A stretch of DNA of 64,000 nucleotides from Chthoniobacterales bacterium (GCA_049585495.1 JBAUZZ010000216.1:3043-67042); one strand, 5' to 3'. Shown: positions 36,346-46,300, numbered from the stretch's first letter. Notes: a model not told the origin generated them from the letters alone. Translations and numbers: made by a program.

Positions 36346-36576
36346 AACCTCCTGGGGGTGCTTTCTATTCAATACGGACTCATCTGACCGCTCGCAAGCC
36401 GAAAGTAGCATAGGCTTCTGGCCTGTCGGTTCGCCGGAAAAAGGTTAGTTCTCGGACTCAGCGAGGCGCCCAGGCCAGATGCATATGCTACCTTGAGACC
36501 TGCAGGTGATCGCGGCCGGATAGGTGCCACGGAATGAGTCGACAAGGTCGCTTGCTTTGTTAAATTTTTGCCCTCA

Positions 36577-38106
36577 ATGAAAATCAAACGCGCTCTCGTT
36601 TCGGTGTCGGACAAAACGAGCGTCGTGCCGTTTATACGTCGCTTAAGCGAGTTCGGGGTCGAGATCATTTCGACGGGAGGAACCGCCGCCCTGCTCAAAA
36701 GCGAATCCATTCCGCATATTGCCATAGAGGAATTTACCGGGTTTCCCGAAATTTTGGATGGCCGTGTCAAAACGCTTCACCCAAAAGTGCATGGCGGCTT
36801 GCTCTATTTGCGGGCAAATCCTGATCACCAGCGCGAGGCGCAGGCTCATGAGATCGAAGCGATCGATCTCGTTGTCGTCAATCTGTACCCGTTCCAGACG
36901 ACCGCGGAGAGGCCCGGGGTAACCCTGGAAGAAGCACTCGAAAGGATTGACATCGGCGGCCCTTCCATGCTGCGAAGCGCCGCGAAAAACTACCAATCTG
37001 TAACTGTGGTCACCGATCCACGAGATTACGAGACAGTCGTTCAGCAAATGGAGGAGCATGACGGAGGCACCACACTCAAATTCCGGGAGCAACTCGCCAT
37101 TAAAGTTTTTCTAACCACTGCCAAGTACGACCAGGCGATTGCCGATTTCCTCAATCGCGAACAAACAACTGCCGGATCTTTCTTGATCTCGCTGCCGCTC
37201 GAGATGCGCCTGCGCTACGGTGAAAATCCGCACCAAAACGCTTCGCTCTATGGGCGATTCCAAAATTTTTTCCAGAAACTCCACGGTAAGGAACTCTCGT
37301 TCAATAACATCCTCGACATCAACGCCGCTGCGAATCTGATCCAGGAATTCGTCGAACCGACGGTCGCTATTCTGAAGCATACCAATCCGTGCGGGGTCGG
37401 CGCCGACCCGGATCTTCGCGAAGCCTGGATGAAAGCGTTCGCTACGGACAAGCAGGCGCCCTTCGGTGGGATTATTATTTGTAACCGTCCAATTACCGAG
37501 CCGCTGGCCAGAGCGATTACCGAGATTTTTAGTGAGGTTATTATCGCCCCAGATTTCGAACCGGAGGCGCGGGCGCTGCTCCAGAAGAAGAAGAATTTAC
37601 GATTAATCCGAATGTTGGATTGGGCCTCAGAAACCGAACAGGACCCCGATTTACGATCAGTGATCGGCGGTATCCTGGTCCAGGATAAAGACCGCACGGA
37701 GCTAACGGACCCGGAGCGGCGGGTCGTATCGACGAGACCGCCGACAGCCGATGAAATGAAGGCGATGCTTTTCGGCTGGAAGGTCGTGAAGCACGTTAAG
37801 TCCAATGCGATCGTCTTTGCCGCAAAGGATCGGACGCTGGGCATCGGTGCCGGCCAAATGTCCCGGGTCGATTCGTCTCGAATCGCGGTCTGGAAGGCAA
37901 GCGAGTCTGGACTTTCTCTAAAGGGCAGCGTGATCGCGAGCGATGCGTTCTTCCCATTCGCCGATGGACTAATCGCTGCCGCGGACGCCGGTGCGACCGC
38001 CGCGATTCAACCCGGCGGTTCAGTTAGAGATGACGACGTGATTCGGGCAGCAAACGAGCGCAGCATGGCCATGATCTTGACGGGTGTCCGACATTTCAAG
38101 CATTGA
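36577..38106 (+). CDS. purH: bifunctional AICAR transformylase / IMP cyclohydrolase
   Basis: MKIKRALVSVSDKT...GGTA..L...VKTLHPKVHGG...NLYPF are PurH signatures, full length. Confidence 0.97.
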   Translation: MKIKRALVSVSDKTSVVPFIRRLSEFGVEIISTGGTAALLKSESIPHIAIEEFTGFPEILDGRVKTLHPKVHGGLLYLRANPDHQREAQAHEIEAIDLVVVNLYPFQTTAERPGVTLEEALERIDIGGPSMLRSAAKNYQSVTVVTDPRDYETVVQQMEEHDGGTTLKFREQLAIKVFLTTAKYDQAIADFLNREQTTAGSFLISLPLEMRLRYGENPHQNASLYGRFQNFFQKLHGKELSFNNILDINAAANLIQEFVEPTVAILKHTNPCGVGADPDLREAWMKAFATDKQAPFGGIIICNRPITEPLARAITEIFSEVIIAPDFEPEARALLQKKKNLRLIRMLDWASETEQDPDLRSVIGGILVQDKDRTELTDPERRVVSTRPPTADEMKAMLFGWKVVKHVKSNAIVFAAKDRTLGIGAGQMSRVDSSRIAVWKASESGLSLKGSVIASDAFFPFADGLIAAADAGATAAIQPGGSVRDDDVIRAANERSMAMILTGVRHFKH

Positions 38107-38114
38107 AACCGGCG

Positions 38115-38855
38115 ATGATTAAACTGGGAGTCAACATCGATCACGTCGCTACCCTTCGGCAGGCCCGCTATGCTGCAATGATGGATTCGTCTAACTGTGA
38201 GCCGGACCTTCTCGCTGCAGCCTCGGCGTGCGAGCGAGCCGGAGCGCACGGCATCACCGTCCATCTCCGAGCCGACCGCCGCCACGTCCAGGATCGGGAC
38301 GTGTTCCGGCTACGCAGCAGCCTCATCACGAAACTCAATCTTGAAATGGGCAATAACTCAGAAATCCTTGAGACCGCGCTGCGGGTGATCCCCGACGAGG
38401 TATGCCTCGTCCCGGAAAACCGGCAAGACGTTACGACCGAAGGTGGTCTCGATGTTCTGAGGCATCTCAAATCTCTTCGCAAGACAGTTCAGCGTCTTCA
38501 AGCTGCTGGAGTCCGGGTCAGTACTTTCATCGAGCCCGTGGCGGAGCAGATCGAAGCTTCAGCTCAGTTGGGGGTCGAGGCTGTGGAGCTTCATACTGGC
38601 GCATTCGCCAACGTGATGGAGGAATTTAGGAATGATGAAATCGCTCGGCTGGACGCCGCGGCGCGACTGGCCATCGAAAAAGGCCTCAAGGTCAACGCCG
38701 GGCATGGCATCAACTACGATAACGTCCATCTGCTGTTGCGAATTCCACACTGGAAGGAGTTTAATATCGGGCATTCGATCGTTTCACGAGCGATAATGGT
38801 CGGGTTGGAAAATGCTGTTCGCGAGATGTTACTGCGCCTACAACCGTATCGATGA
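38115..38855 (+). CDS. pdxJ: pyridoxine 5'-phosphate synthase
   Basis: MIKLGVNIDHVATLRQAR...HLRADRRH...ELHTG...NAGHG are PdxJ motifs. ATG at 38115, with TTG at 38103 also in frame. Confidence 0.95.
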   Translation: MIKLGVNIDHVATLRQARYAAMMDSSNCEPDLLAAASACERAGAHGITVHLRADRRHVQDRDVFRLRSSLITKLNLEMGNNSEILETALRVIPDEVCLVPENRQDVTTEGGLDVLRHLKSLRKTVQRLQAAGVRVSTFIEPVAEQIEASAQLGVEAVELHTGAFANVMEEFRNDEIARLDAAARLAIEKGLKVNAGHGINYDNVHLLLRIPHWKEFNIGHSIVSRAIMVGLENAVREMLLRLQPYR

Positions 38856-39232
38856 TTTTCGGCATTGGGATTGATGTGGTAGAAAACGCTCGCATTGCGG
38901 ATTCCATCAGGAGACACGGAGATCGTTTCCTCGAGCGGGTTTACCAAACCGCCGAGCTGGAATATTGCCGCTCGATGACAGATCCGATTCCCCATTTCGC
39001 TGCACGATTTGCCGCAAAAGAAGCAGTTTCGAAGGCGTTTGGCACTGGGTTCGCCCAGAACGTGAGTTGGAAAGAAATCGAGGTTAGGCGGAAGGCTAGC
39101 GGAGCGCCCTTCATTGTTCTTCATACGGCAGCTGAGGATCTGGCAAGAAGCTTAGGGATCACAGCTGTTCACATCAGCCTGAGTCACTCCCAGAACTATG
39201 CCGTCGCCAACGCCCTGCTGGTGAAAGAATGA
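38852..39232 (+). CDS. acpS: holo-[acyl-carrier-protein] synthase
   Basis: MIFGIGIDVVENARI...FAAKEAVSKA...SLSHS. The start overlaps the pdxJ stop, matching the conserved pdxJ-acpS pairing. Confidence 0.93.
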   Translation: MIFGIGIDVVENARIADSIRRHGDRFLERVYQTAELEYCRSMTDPIPHFAARFAAKEAVSKAFGTGFAQNVSWKEIEVRRKASGAPFIVLHTAAEDLARSLGITAVHISLSHSQNYAVANALLVKE

Positions 39233-39307
39233 GAGTTCCGCGTTCAGAGTTCCGCGTTCCGCGGCCGTGACAGACGCGGGACGCGGAACCTGAAACTCGG
39301 AACCTGG
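39233..39307. repeat. hairpin with GNGTTCC heptamer arms
   Basis: GAGTTCC GCGTTCA GAGTTCC GCGTTCC GCG - loop - CGCGGGACGCGGAACCTGAAACTCGGAACCTGG. It begins 1 nt after the acpS stop. Confidence 0.75.
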
Positions 39308-39320
39308 AAGCAGAAAAACG

Positions 39321-40040
39321 ATGGAGCGCGATTACAAGGTAACTCTGGAGGTTTTCGAAGGACCGCTCGATCTTCTGCTCTATCTCATCAAGAAGGAAGA
39401 AGTCGATATTTATGATATCTCGATCGAAAAGATCACCGCGCAGTACCTGGAGTACCTGAACAGCTTCCGGATGCTGGATCTGGAGATTGCGGGCGAGTTC
39501 GTCGTCATGGCAGCGAATCTGATCTATATCAAGAGCCGAAGCCTGTTGCCTGTGCATCAGCAACCTCCCGACGAAGACGCGGAGGAAGTGGATCCACGTT
39601 GGGACCTCATCCGACAGTTGATCGAATACAAGAAGTTTAAAGACGCCGCTTTTCACCTCCACCAACGCGAACTCGGGCAGGAAGGAATGTTCCCCCGCCT
39701 GCCGGATAAACCGGCAGGGTCCGATGTCCTTCTCAAATCCGAGGTGGGCATCTTCGATCTGATCAATGCGTTCCAGCGGGTCCTTAAAAAACTTCAAGGT
39801 AAGCGGGAAGATCTGCGCGAAATCTTCGAAGAGAACTACACTGTCTCGGACAAGATCGACTACCTCATGCGCGCGACGCAGTTCGAAAAACCCACCTTCT
39901 TTTCCCAGCTCTTTGCCTTGGCCGCGTCGCGAACCGAAATTGTGGTGACATTCCTGGCTCTCCTCGAGCTCATTCGTCTCAAACAGCTCCGAGTCGCCCA
40001 GAGCGAGCCGTTTGCCGAGATCGAAATCAGGAGACTTTAA
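39321..40040 (+). CDS. scpA: segregation and condensation protein A
   Basis: YKVTLEVFEGPLDLLLYLIKKEEVDIYDISI..IT.QYL is the ScpA N-terminal signature. Confidence 0.92.
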   Translation: MERDYKVTLEVFEGPLDLLLYLIKKEEVDIYDISIEKITAQYLEYLNSFRMLDLEIAGEFVVMAANLIYIKSRSLLPVHQQPPDEDAEEVDPRWDLIRQLIEYKKFKDAAFHLHQRELGQEGMFPRLPDKPAGSDVLLKSEVGIFDLINAFQRVLKKLQGKREDLREIFEENYTVSDKIDYLMRATQFEKPTFFSQLFALAASRTEIVVTFLALLELIRLKQLRVAQSEPFAEIEIRRL

Positions 40041-40084
40041 TGGTAGGATGGACAGTTGGAACGGTCCATCCTACCATTAAAGTC
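40033..40084. repeat. perfect 21-bp stem-loop spanning the scpA stop codon
   Basis: GACTTTAATGGTAGGATGGAC (40033-40053), loop AGTTGGAACG, then GTCCATCCTACCATTAAAGTC (40064-40084). No T-tract follows. Confidence 0.85.
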
Positions 40085-40090
40085 TGAGGC

Positions 40091-40858
40091 ATGGTTACGC
40101 TGAAAGCGGTTATTGAAGCTCTGCTGTTCAGCTCGCACAAAGCTCTTACGCCAAAAGAGATTGTGAGCGTGTTGAAAGCAGCCTCGGAAGCTGCCGACAA
40201 AAGTACCAGAAACGAAGCAAGCGTTCCGGCCAGGGAAAACGAGGTCGCCGAGGTGTTGCAGGCACTCGCCCGCGAATATACGGAAATGGGCCGCTCGTTT
40301 CAGTTGGTTGAACACGCGTCCGGATGGCAACTGACCAGCCGGCCGGATTATCAAGCCTGGGTGCGCCAGCTGTTCCCTGAACTGCGCCCTGCCCGACTCA
40401 GCACCCCCGCGCTCGAAACGCTCGCGATCATCGCTTACCGGCAACCGATAACGAAAGCCGATATCGAGGCGATTCGCGGCGTCACCGTGGATGGAATTCT
40501 CCAGAAACTCCTGGACGCGGGCCTCACCAAAATCGGCGGACGAGCGGAGATTCCTGGGAGACCTTTGTTGTACGAAACTACACAACATTTCCTGGAACAT
40601 TTTGGTCTGAGAACGCTCGATGAGCTGCCGAACGCTTCGGAACTCCGCGATCTTTCGTTGCCCGGAACGAAGGAGACTGGTTTACCCGCTGGCCCGGAGC
40701 ATCAGGCAATTCAGGAGACGCTGGACTTACCGGAACAGAAAGCGACTGACGAAGATATCGTTCGAAGCACAATCACGCACCCGCAAGACCCCAAGCTGAA
40801 GGAGACACAAGGTGGAACCATCGAAACCGTCGCTAGAAGAGATCCGGAACCAGATTGA
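40091..40858 (+). CDS. scpB: SMC-Scp complex subunit ScpB
   Basis: LKAVIEALLFSS.KALTPKEI... , ALETLAIIAYRQPITKADIEAIRGV and GRPLLYETT..FLEHFGL are ScpB motifs. Confidence 0.92.
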   Translation: MVTLKAVIEALLFSSHKALTPKEIVSVLKAASEAADKSTRNEASVPARENEVAEVLQALAREYTEMGRSFQLVEHASGWQLTSRPDYQAWVRQLFPELRPARLSTPALETLAIIAYRQPITKADIEAIRGVTVDGILQKLLDAGLTKIGGRAEIPGRPLLYETTQHFLEHFGLRTLDELPNASELRDLSLPGTKETGLPAGPEHQAIQETLDLPEQKATDEDIVRSTITHPQDPKLKETQGGTIETVARRDPEPD

Positions 40859-41900
40859 TGGCATCGACTCTGAATTGCTATGGCTGCTCAATCAACGCGC
40901 TGAACTGGTGCATGAGATTGGCGTCTTAAAGAAAGAGGCCGGCTTATCGATTTATGCACCTGAACGCGAGGAGACGCTGCTCCAGTCTCTGGTACAAAGG
41001 AGTCAGGGCCGATTGCCACCCGTCTCGATCCGGGCGATCTACCGGGAGATCATGTCAGCCTCGCTTGCCCTCGAAAAGGATTTGACGATCTCCTACCTCG
41101 GCCCAGAGGCAACCTGGACACATCAAGCCGCGCGGGCAAAATTCGGAGCATCCGTCCGCTACGATCCCCAGTCGAATATCGGAGACGTCTTCGACCAGGT
41201 GACCCGCCGCCGCGCAGACTACGGCGTCGTTCCGATCGAAAACTCGGTGGAGGGCGCCGTGAATCACACGCTGGACGTTTTCATGGATTCAGAACTCAAG
41301 ATCTGTGCCCAGATCCTGTTGCGGATCGAAAACAATTTTCTTGCAGCAGGTGCTCGCGAGGAAATCAAAAAAATCTATTCGCATCCGCAGGTCTTCGGAC
41401 AATGCCGGAAGTGGCTCCAAAACTACGCGCGCGGCCTCGAGTTGATCGAGGTGTCCAGCACCACTCGGGCGGCCGAGATCGCTGCGCACGAACCTGGCGC
41501 AGCCGCCCTCGCCGGCGCGATGGCAGCGGAAATTTACAGGCTTCAGGTTTTGGAGCGGTCGATTCAAGACAGCCCGAACAACACGACTCGATTCCTGGTG
41601 ATTTCGCACACAACCTGCCCACCGACAGGTAACGATAAAACCTCATTGATGTTTTGTGTTCACGATCGCGTCGGCGCGCTGTACTCGGCTCTGGAGCCAT
41701 TCAATCGGCTCAAGTTGAGCATGAGCAAAATTGAAAGCCGGCCATCGAAGCGAAAAAACTGGGAGTACTTTTTCTTCGTCGACATCGAGGGTCACTGCGA
41801 CGACAAACCCGTCAAGGATGCGCTGCATGAGCTGGAGAAGCACTGCACTTTTGTCAAGGTCCTGGGGAGTTATCCGAAAACGGAAGCGGTGGGGGGATAG
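40812..41900 (+). CDS. pheA: bifunctional chorismate mutase / prephenate dehydratase (P-protein)
   Basis: The CM domain is LEEIRNQIDGIDSELLWLLNQRA. The PDT domain is ISYLGPEATWTHQAA...VPIENSVEG. The ACT domain is TSLMFCVHDRVGALYSALEPF...ESRP. The GTG start at 40812 overlaps the scpB 3' end. Confidence 0.92.
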   Translation: MEPSKPSLEEIRNQIDGIDSELLWLLNQRAELVHEIGVLKKEAGLSIYAPEREETLLQSLVQRSQGRLPPVSIRAIYREIMSASLALEKDLTISYLGPEATWTHQAARAKFGASVRYDPQSNIGDVFDQVTRRRADYGVVPIENSVEGAVNHTLDVFMDSELKICAQILLRIENNFLAAGAREEIKKIYSHPQVFGQCRKWLQNYARGLELIEVSSTTRAAEIAAHEPGAAALAGAMAAEIYRLQVLERSIQDSPNNTTRFLVISHTTCPPTGNDKTSLMFCVHDRVGALYSALEPFNRLKLSMSKIESRPSKRKNWEYFFFVDIEGHCDDKPVKDALHELEKHCTFVKVLGSYPKTEAVGG

Positions 41901-42565
41901 GGCTCGTTCGTTTCTCGTGTCTCGTGTCTCGTGTCTCGTGTCTCGCCTCGTTTGCGCGCTCTGGAACTTTGGGAATGAAATAGTACTTGCAACGCCAAGC
42001 CGATTTATATAACATCTTTGCCAGATGTTCTATGAATAAGATTCAGTCTTTTGAAGACTTCGATGCATTCAAAATAGCGAGAGAGTTTTGCCGGGCCGTA
42101 GGGAGAATAGTCCGAAGCCAGACCTTCAGTGATGACCGCAGTCTACGTTGGCAGATTGAGAAATCACTCGTCTCCATCCTCTCTAACTTTGCAGAGGGAT
42201 TTGAGCGCGATGGGCGTCAGGAATTCATTCAGTTCCTGACAATCGCTAAGGGATCTGCAGGTGAAGCTCGTGCACAGTTGATCTACGCTTATGACCAAGG
42301 TCTGATCGACGAGGCGACGTTCCAATCGCTGCACGATTTAGGCGTTAGAGTTTCGGCGATCTTCGGCGGTTTATTGAAACATCTCTCCCAATCCGAATAC
42401 TCCGGAATCAAATTTAGGAAATTCAACGCATCGCCGAATCAGAGAACGGTTCCTGGAAGGCAAGCAAGTCCGGCTTCCGGAAATCAAACAAAGATCTCAG
42501 GAGATAGCGAAAAACGAGAGACGAGAAACCAGAGACGAGAAACGAGAGACGAATAACGAATGAGC
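41901..42565. other. IVS-like cassette: four-helix-bundle gene bracketed by tandem-heptamer inverted arms
   Basis: The left arm 41901-41956 is GGCTCGTTCGTTTC(TCGTGTC)x4TCGCCTCGTTTGCG. The right arm 42507-42565 is GCGAAAAACGAGAGACGAGAAACCAGAGACGAGAAACGAGAGACGAATAACGAATGAGC. The arms are reverse-complementary with about one mismatch per heptamer, and the outer termini are GCTC(G/A)TTCGTT. Confidence 0.75.
42032..42556 (+). CDS. four-helix-bundle protein (23S rRNA intervening-sequence protein family, PF05635/TIGR02436-like)
   Basis: MNKIQSFEDFDAFKIAREFCRAVGRIV...QIEKSLVSILSNFAEGFERDGRQEFIQFLTIAKGSAGEARAQLIYAYDQGLI is the family's characteristic pattern. The C-terminal tail of about 50 aa runs into the right repeat arm (..EKRETRNQRRETRDE) and is probably not native. 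Confidence 0.8.
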   Translation: MNKIQSFEDFDAFKIAREFCRAVGRIVRSQTFSDDRSLRWQIEKSLVSILSNFAEGFERDGRQEFIQFLTIAKGSAGEARAQLIYAYDQGLIDEATFQSLHDLGVRVSAIFGGLLKHLSQSEYSGIKFRKFNASPNQRTVPGRQASPASGNQTKISGDSEKRETRNQRRETRDE

Positions 42566-42566
42566 T

Positions 42567-43145
42567 TTACCGCCCGACGTAGATGGCGTCGCTTGGCCAA
42601 TCCGGTCTTAAGTAGCCTCCATTCATGTTAACGAGAGGCAGGTAGTTGCGCATGACGCGGACCGGGGCCAGCAGACGAACAGTCGAGACCGCTTCGATCG
42701 AATTGTCTCCGTGGTTTTTCACAAGACTCGGAATCAATTCCTCGTGGATTCGCCGGACTATATCCAGGTCACTGGTCCCGTCGACAAACAGCAGCAAGGC
42801 GACTTTCCCATCTATCTCAGCGATATGACTTTCAAAGATGCTCTCCGTGAACACCGTCTGCTGGCTGGACTCTTGACGCATTTCATCCACTACCTGGGTA
42901 TAGGTGACACCAACCCGAAACTTAATGATGTAGAGATTGCGTGTGTTGAATTGTTTCGCACCGTCTGAGGAGAGATCGAGGTTCGTGTAATAAGAGAGAA
43001 TACCCTCTTGCTCCAGGCGCGATCGCTTCCGACTCACGGTACGAACGTTGACTCCGGTAAGCTCTGCTACGCCGTTGTCTGATTCGCGCGGGTCTCTGAT
43101 TAGCTGGCGAACAATCGCCTTTTCTTGCTCATCTAAAATTCTCAT
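42567..43145 (-). CDS. Lrp/AsnC-like winged-helix transcriptional regulator
   Basis: MRILDEQEKAIVRQLIRDPRESDNGVAELTGVNVRTVSRKRSRLEQEGIL is an AsnC-type HTH. The C-terminal half is longer than and divergent from the canonical RAM domain. The gene is divergent from gltB. Confidence 0.6.
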   Translation of the reverse strand: MRILDEQEKAIVRQLIRDPRESDNGVAELTGVNVRTVSRKRSRLEQEGILSYYTNLDLSSDGAKQFNTRNLYIIKFRVGVTYTQVVDEMRQESSQQTVFTESIFESHIAEIDGKVALLLFVDGTSDLDIVRRIHEELIPSLVKNHGDNSIEAVSTVRLLAPVRVMRNYLPLVNMNGGYLRPDWPSDAIYVGR

Positions 43146-43331
43146 GGCAGTATGCGCTTTCGGTACGGTGCCGGGAAAGCCCTGCTCTCCATTTTCCCCG
43201 GGGCCAAGCTGAACTACGAAAATCCGAAATTATTCGATTTGTTCTTTTTGGGCGACATAAATTTGTCGGATGAATCGTATTTTCGTCTTGAATCACGCAG
43301 TTGAATACCTATCGTCACCAAGTTTGCAGCC

Positions 43332-46300
43332 ATGAACGACGCGATCAACGACGTACTTCGAGAGATTCCGGTCTCGCTGTATGAACCGGAGGAGGAACAT
43401 GATTCCTGTGGTGTCGGCTTTGTCGCTGCAATTGACGGGCAGCGCTCCAATCGCGTGCTCCGCCTCGGCCTGACATCCGTCTGCAACATGGCACACCGTG
43501 GCGCCATGGATGCCGATGCGAAAACTGGGGACGGATCGGGGGTCTTGACCCAGATCCCATACAAGCTCTTTCGCACTGAACTCGCCAAGCTTGGGCATAC
43601 CTTGTACAACGACACCGATCTGGGCGTTGGATTCGTTTTCCTGCCCCACGATAACGCCTACGCTCAGGCGCGCACGAAGGCAATCATTGAAGAGGTGCTC
43701 GGCGAAAGGAATCTGTTCCAGTTCGGATGGCGCGAGGTACCGCTCAATATCATGGTGCTGGGCGAGAAGGCCCAGCTAACCATGCCGCGGATCGAACAGG
43801 TCTTGATCGGCCGGCCCGCCGGAATGAGCGATGACGAATACGAGCGCCGATTGTTCCTGGCCCGCAACGAGATCGAGAAACGCGTGCAACTCGATCACAT
43901 CCGAAACTTTTACATCACCTCTTTTTCGCATCGGGTGATCATCTATAAGGGGCTGCTGACCGCTGTCTTCTTGGACAAATTCTATCTGGATCTGAGTAGC
44001 CCGGAATATGAGACTGCCATCTGCCTCTTCCACGAGCGATATAGCACCAACACTTTTCCAACTTGGCCGCTGAGCCAGCCTTTTCGGGTTCTGGGCCACA
44101 ACGGTGAGATCAATACGATTCGGGGAAATCGGAACTGGATGCGAGCTCGGGAAGCGGAGCTTGAGGCCGATTTTTGGGGCGAGGATATCGACCTGCTCAA
44201 ACCGATCATTCAGCCCGGTGGATCCGATTCTGCGAGCCTGGATAACGCTCTCGAAGTCCTGATCATGTCGGGTCGGGACATGCTTCACGCGATGACCATG
44301 CTCATCCCACCAGCCTGGCGCACGGATCAAACCATGGCGCCGGAGCTGAAAGCTTACTACGACTATCACCGATGCTTCAACGAGCCGTGGGATGGACCGG
44401 CCGGACTCGTTTTCAGCAATGGTGTGGTAGCCGCGGCCTGTCTCGATCGGAATGGCCTGCGCCCCGCTCGGTACCAGGTCACCGAAGATGGGATTTTCTC
44501 GCTCGCCTCGGAGGTTGGCTGCACAGAGATTGATGACTCAAAGGTCATCGAAAAGGGGCGTTTGGCCCCGGGCGAAATGATCGCAGTAGACACGCGAGCG
44601 GGAAGGCTGCTTCGCGATAGCGAGATCAAGCTCCGGCTGTCAACTCAGAAGCCGTACCTACAGTGGGTAAACAGGCATCTGGTCTCGCTGCAGCAGATCG
44701 CCGGCCCGGAGATCCCCTGCCCGCAAGGCGATCTTGACATCCTCGGACTGACTCAGCGCCAGGTCGCGTTTGGCTACACGAACGAAGAGCTCGAGTTCGT
44801 CATGAAGCCGATGATGAAAGACGCTCAGGAGGCCGTTGGTTCGATGGGCGACGACACTCCTCTTGCCGTTCTCTCTTTACAACCGCGACTCCTGTACACC
44901 TATTTTAAGCAACTCTTTGCCCAGGTCACCAACCCGCCAATCGATCCCCTTCGCGAAAAGTTAGTCATGTCTTTGGCAACGATCATGGGTTGGCGGCGAA
45001 ATCTTTTGGGCGAAACCCCGGAACATGCGCAACTGGTGCATTCCGACTCGCCGATTCTTCTACCACACGAGCTAGAGGCTTTGCGCTCGATCCCCGATCC
45101 CGCTCACAAGGCGGTCTCGATCTCGGCGCTTTGGAATCTCGCGGAGGGCGAAGAGGGCCTGGAAAAGGCGGTGAACCGGATCTGCTCGGAAGCCGAGCAC
45201 GCAGTCGACGAGGATGTTCGCTTGATCGTCCTTTCCGATCAGGGAGTCGATCACGAGCGGGTCGCGATTCCGATGCTTCTCGCCGTGGGTGCAATCCATC
45301 ATTCCCTTACGCGAGTCGGTAAGCGCATGAAATGCAGCATTGTCTGCGAGACGGCAGAAGCGCGCGATGTGCACCAGGTGGCCTGCCTGATCAGCTACGG
45401 CGCGAGTGCGATTTGTCCCTATCTGGCCTACGAAACAATCGGCGAGCTGATCGAGAAGGGAAAAGTTGGCGAAGGTGCGAGCTACCAGACGGTCATCCGA
45501 AAGTACAAGGAAGCTCTGGAAAAAGGACTTCTCAAGATTATGTCCAAGATGGGCATCTCCGTCATCGGCAGCTATCGCGGTGCTCAAATTTTCGAGGCCA
45601 TTGGTATCAGTTCCGAACTGATCGAAAAATGTTTCGCCGGCACCTCCTCGAAGATCGAAGGGATCGGATTCCGCGAAATTGCGCTGGAGAGCATCACCCG
45701 GCATCGACAAGCTTTCGCCAGGCCAGTTCCGGAAGAAGGGGGTACCCTGGAACTCGCAGATCCGGGCTACTATCGTTTCCGTCGGCAAGGCGAGCAGCAC
45801 GCGGTCACGCCGCCGGTAATCAAGAACTTCCACACGTTCGTCAAATCGAATAAGCCGGAAGACTACAAGGCCTACGTGGATGCAGTCAAAGCTGTTCGCC
45901 CGACCTCTCTCCGAGACCTTCTGGAGATCATTCCCGACGCTAAATCGCCGATTCCAATCGAAGAGGTGGAACCGATCGAAGAGATTCGCCGGCGGTTCAC
46001 GACTGCTGGGATGTCGCTCGGGGCGCTGAGTCCTGAAGCGCACGAATGCCTTGCGATCGCGATGAATCAGATCGGAGGCAAATCGAATTCCGGTGAGGGC
46101 GGCGAAGATCCCGAACGCTTCCACCGCCGCCCAAACGGGGACTGGCCGAACAGCGCGATCAAGCAGGTAGCGCAAGGCCGGTTTGGAGTCACAGCCGCGT
46201 ATCTGGCCGCATCGAAAGAGATCGAGATCAAGATGGCGCAAGGCGCCAAACCAGGCGAAGGGGGTCAGCTGCCGGGCCATAAGGTCTCCGCCCTTATCGC

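Noticed and set aside
36346-36576. Looked for a ZTP (pfl) riboswitch in the 230-bp region upstream of purH.
   Set aside because: I could not find the conserved GGGUCGUGAC...CCGCCUGGGC-type elements on the purH strand. The only GCCTGGGCG-like string is on the opposite strand, which leads into the DUF4332 gene. A covariance-model scan (Rfam RF01750) would settle it.
42032-42556. Considered the four-helix-bundle ORF as the Avd component of a diversity-generating retroelement.
   Set aside because: The window has no reverse transcriptase ORF, no template/variable repeat pair with A-specific mismatches and no target gene.
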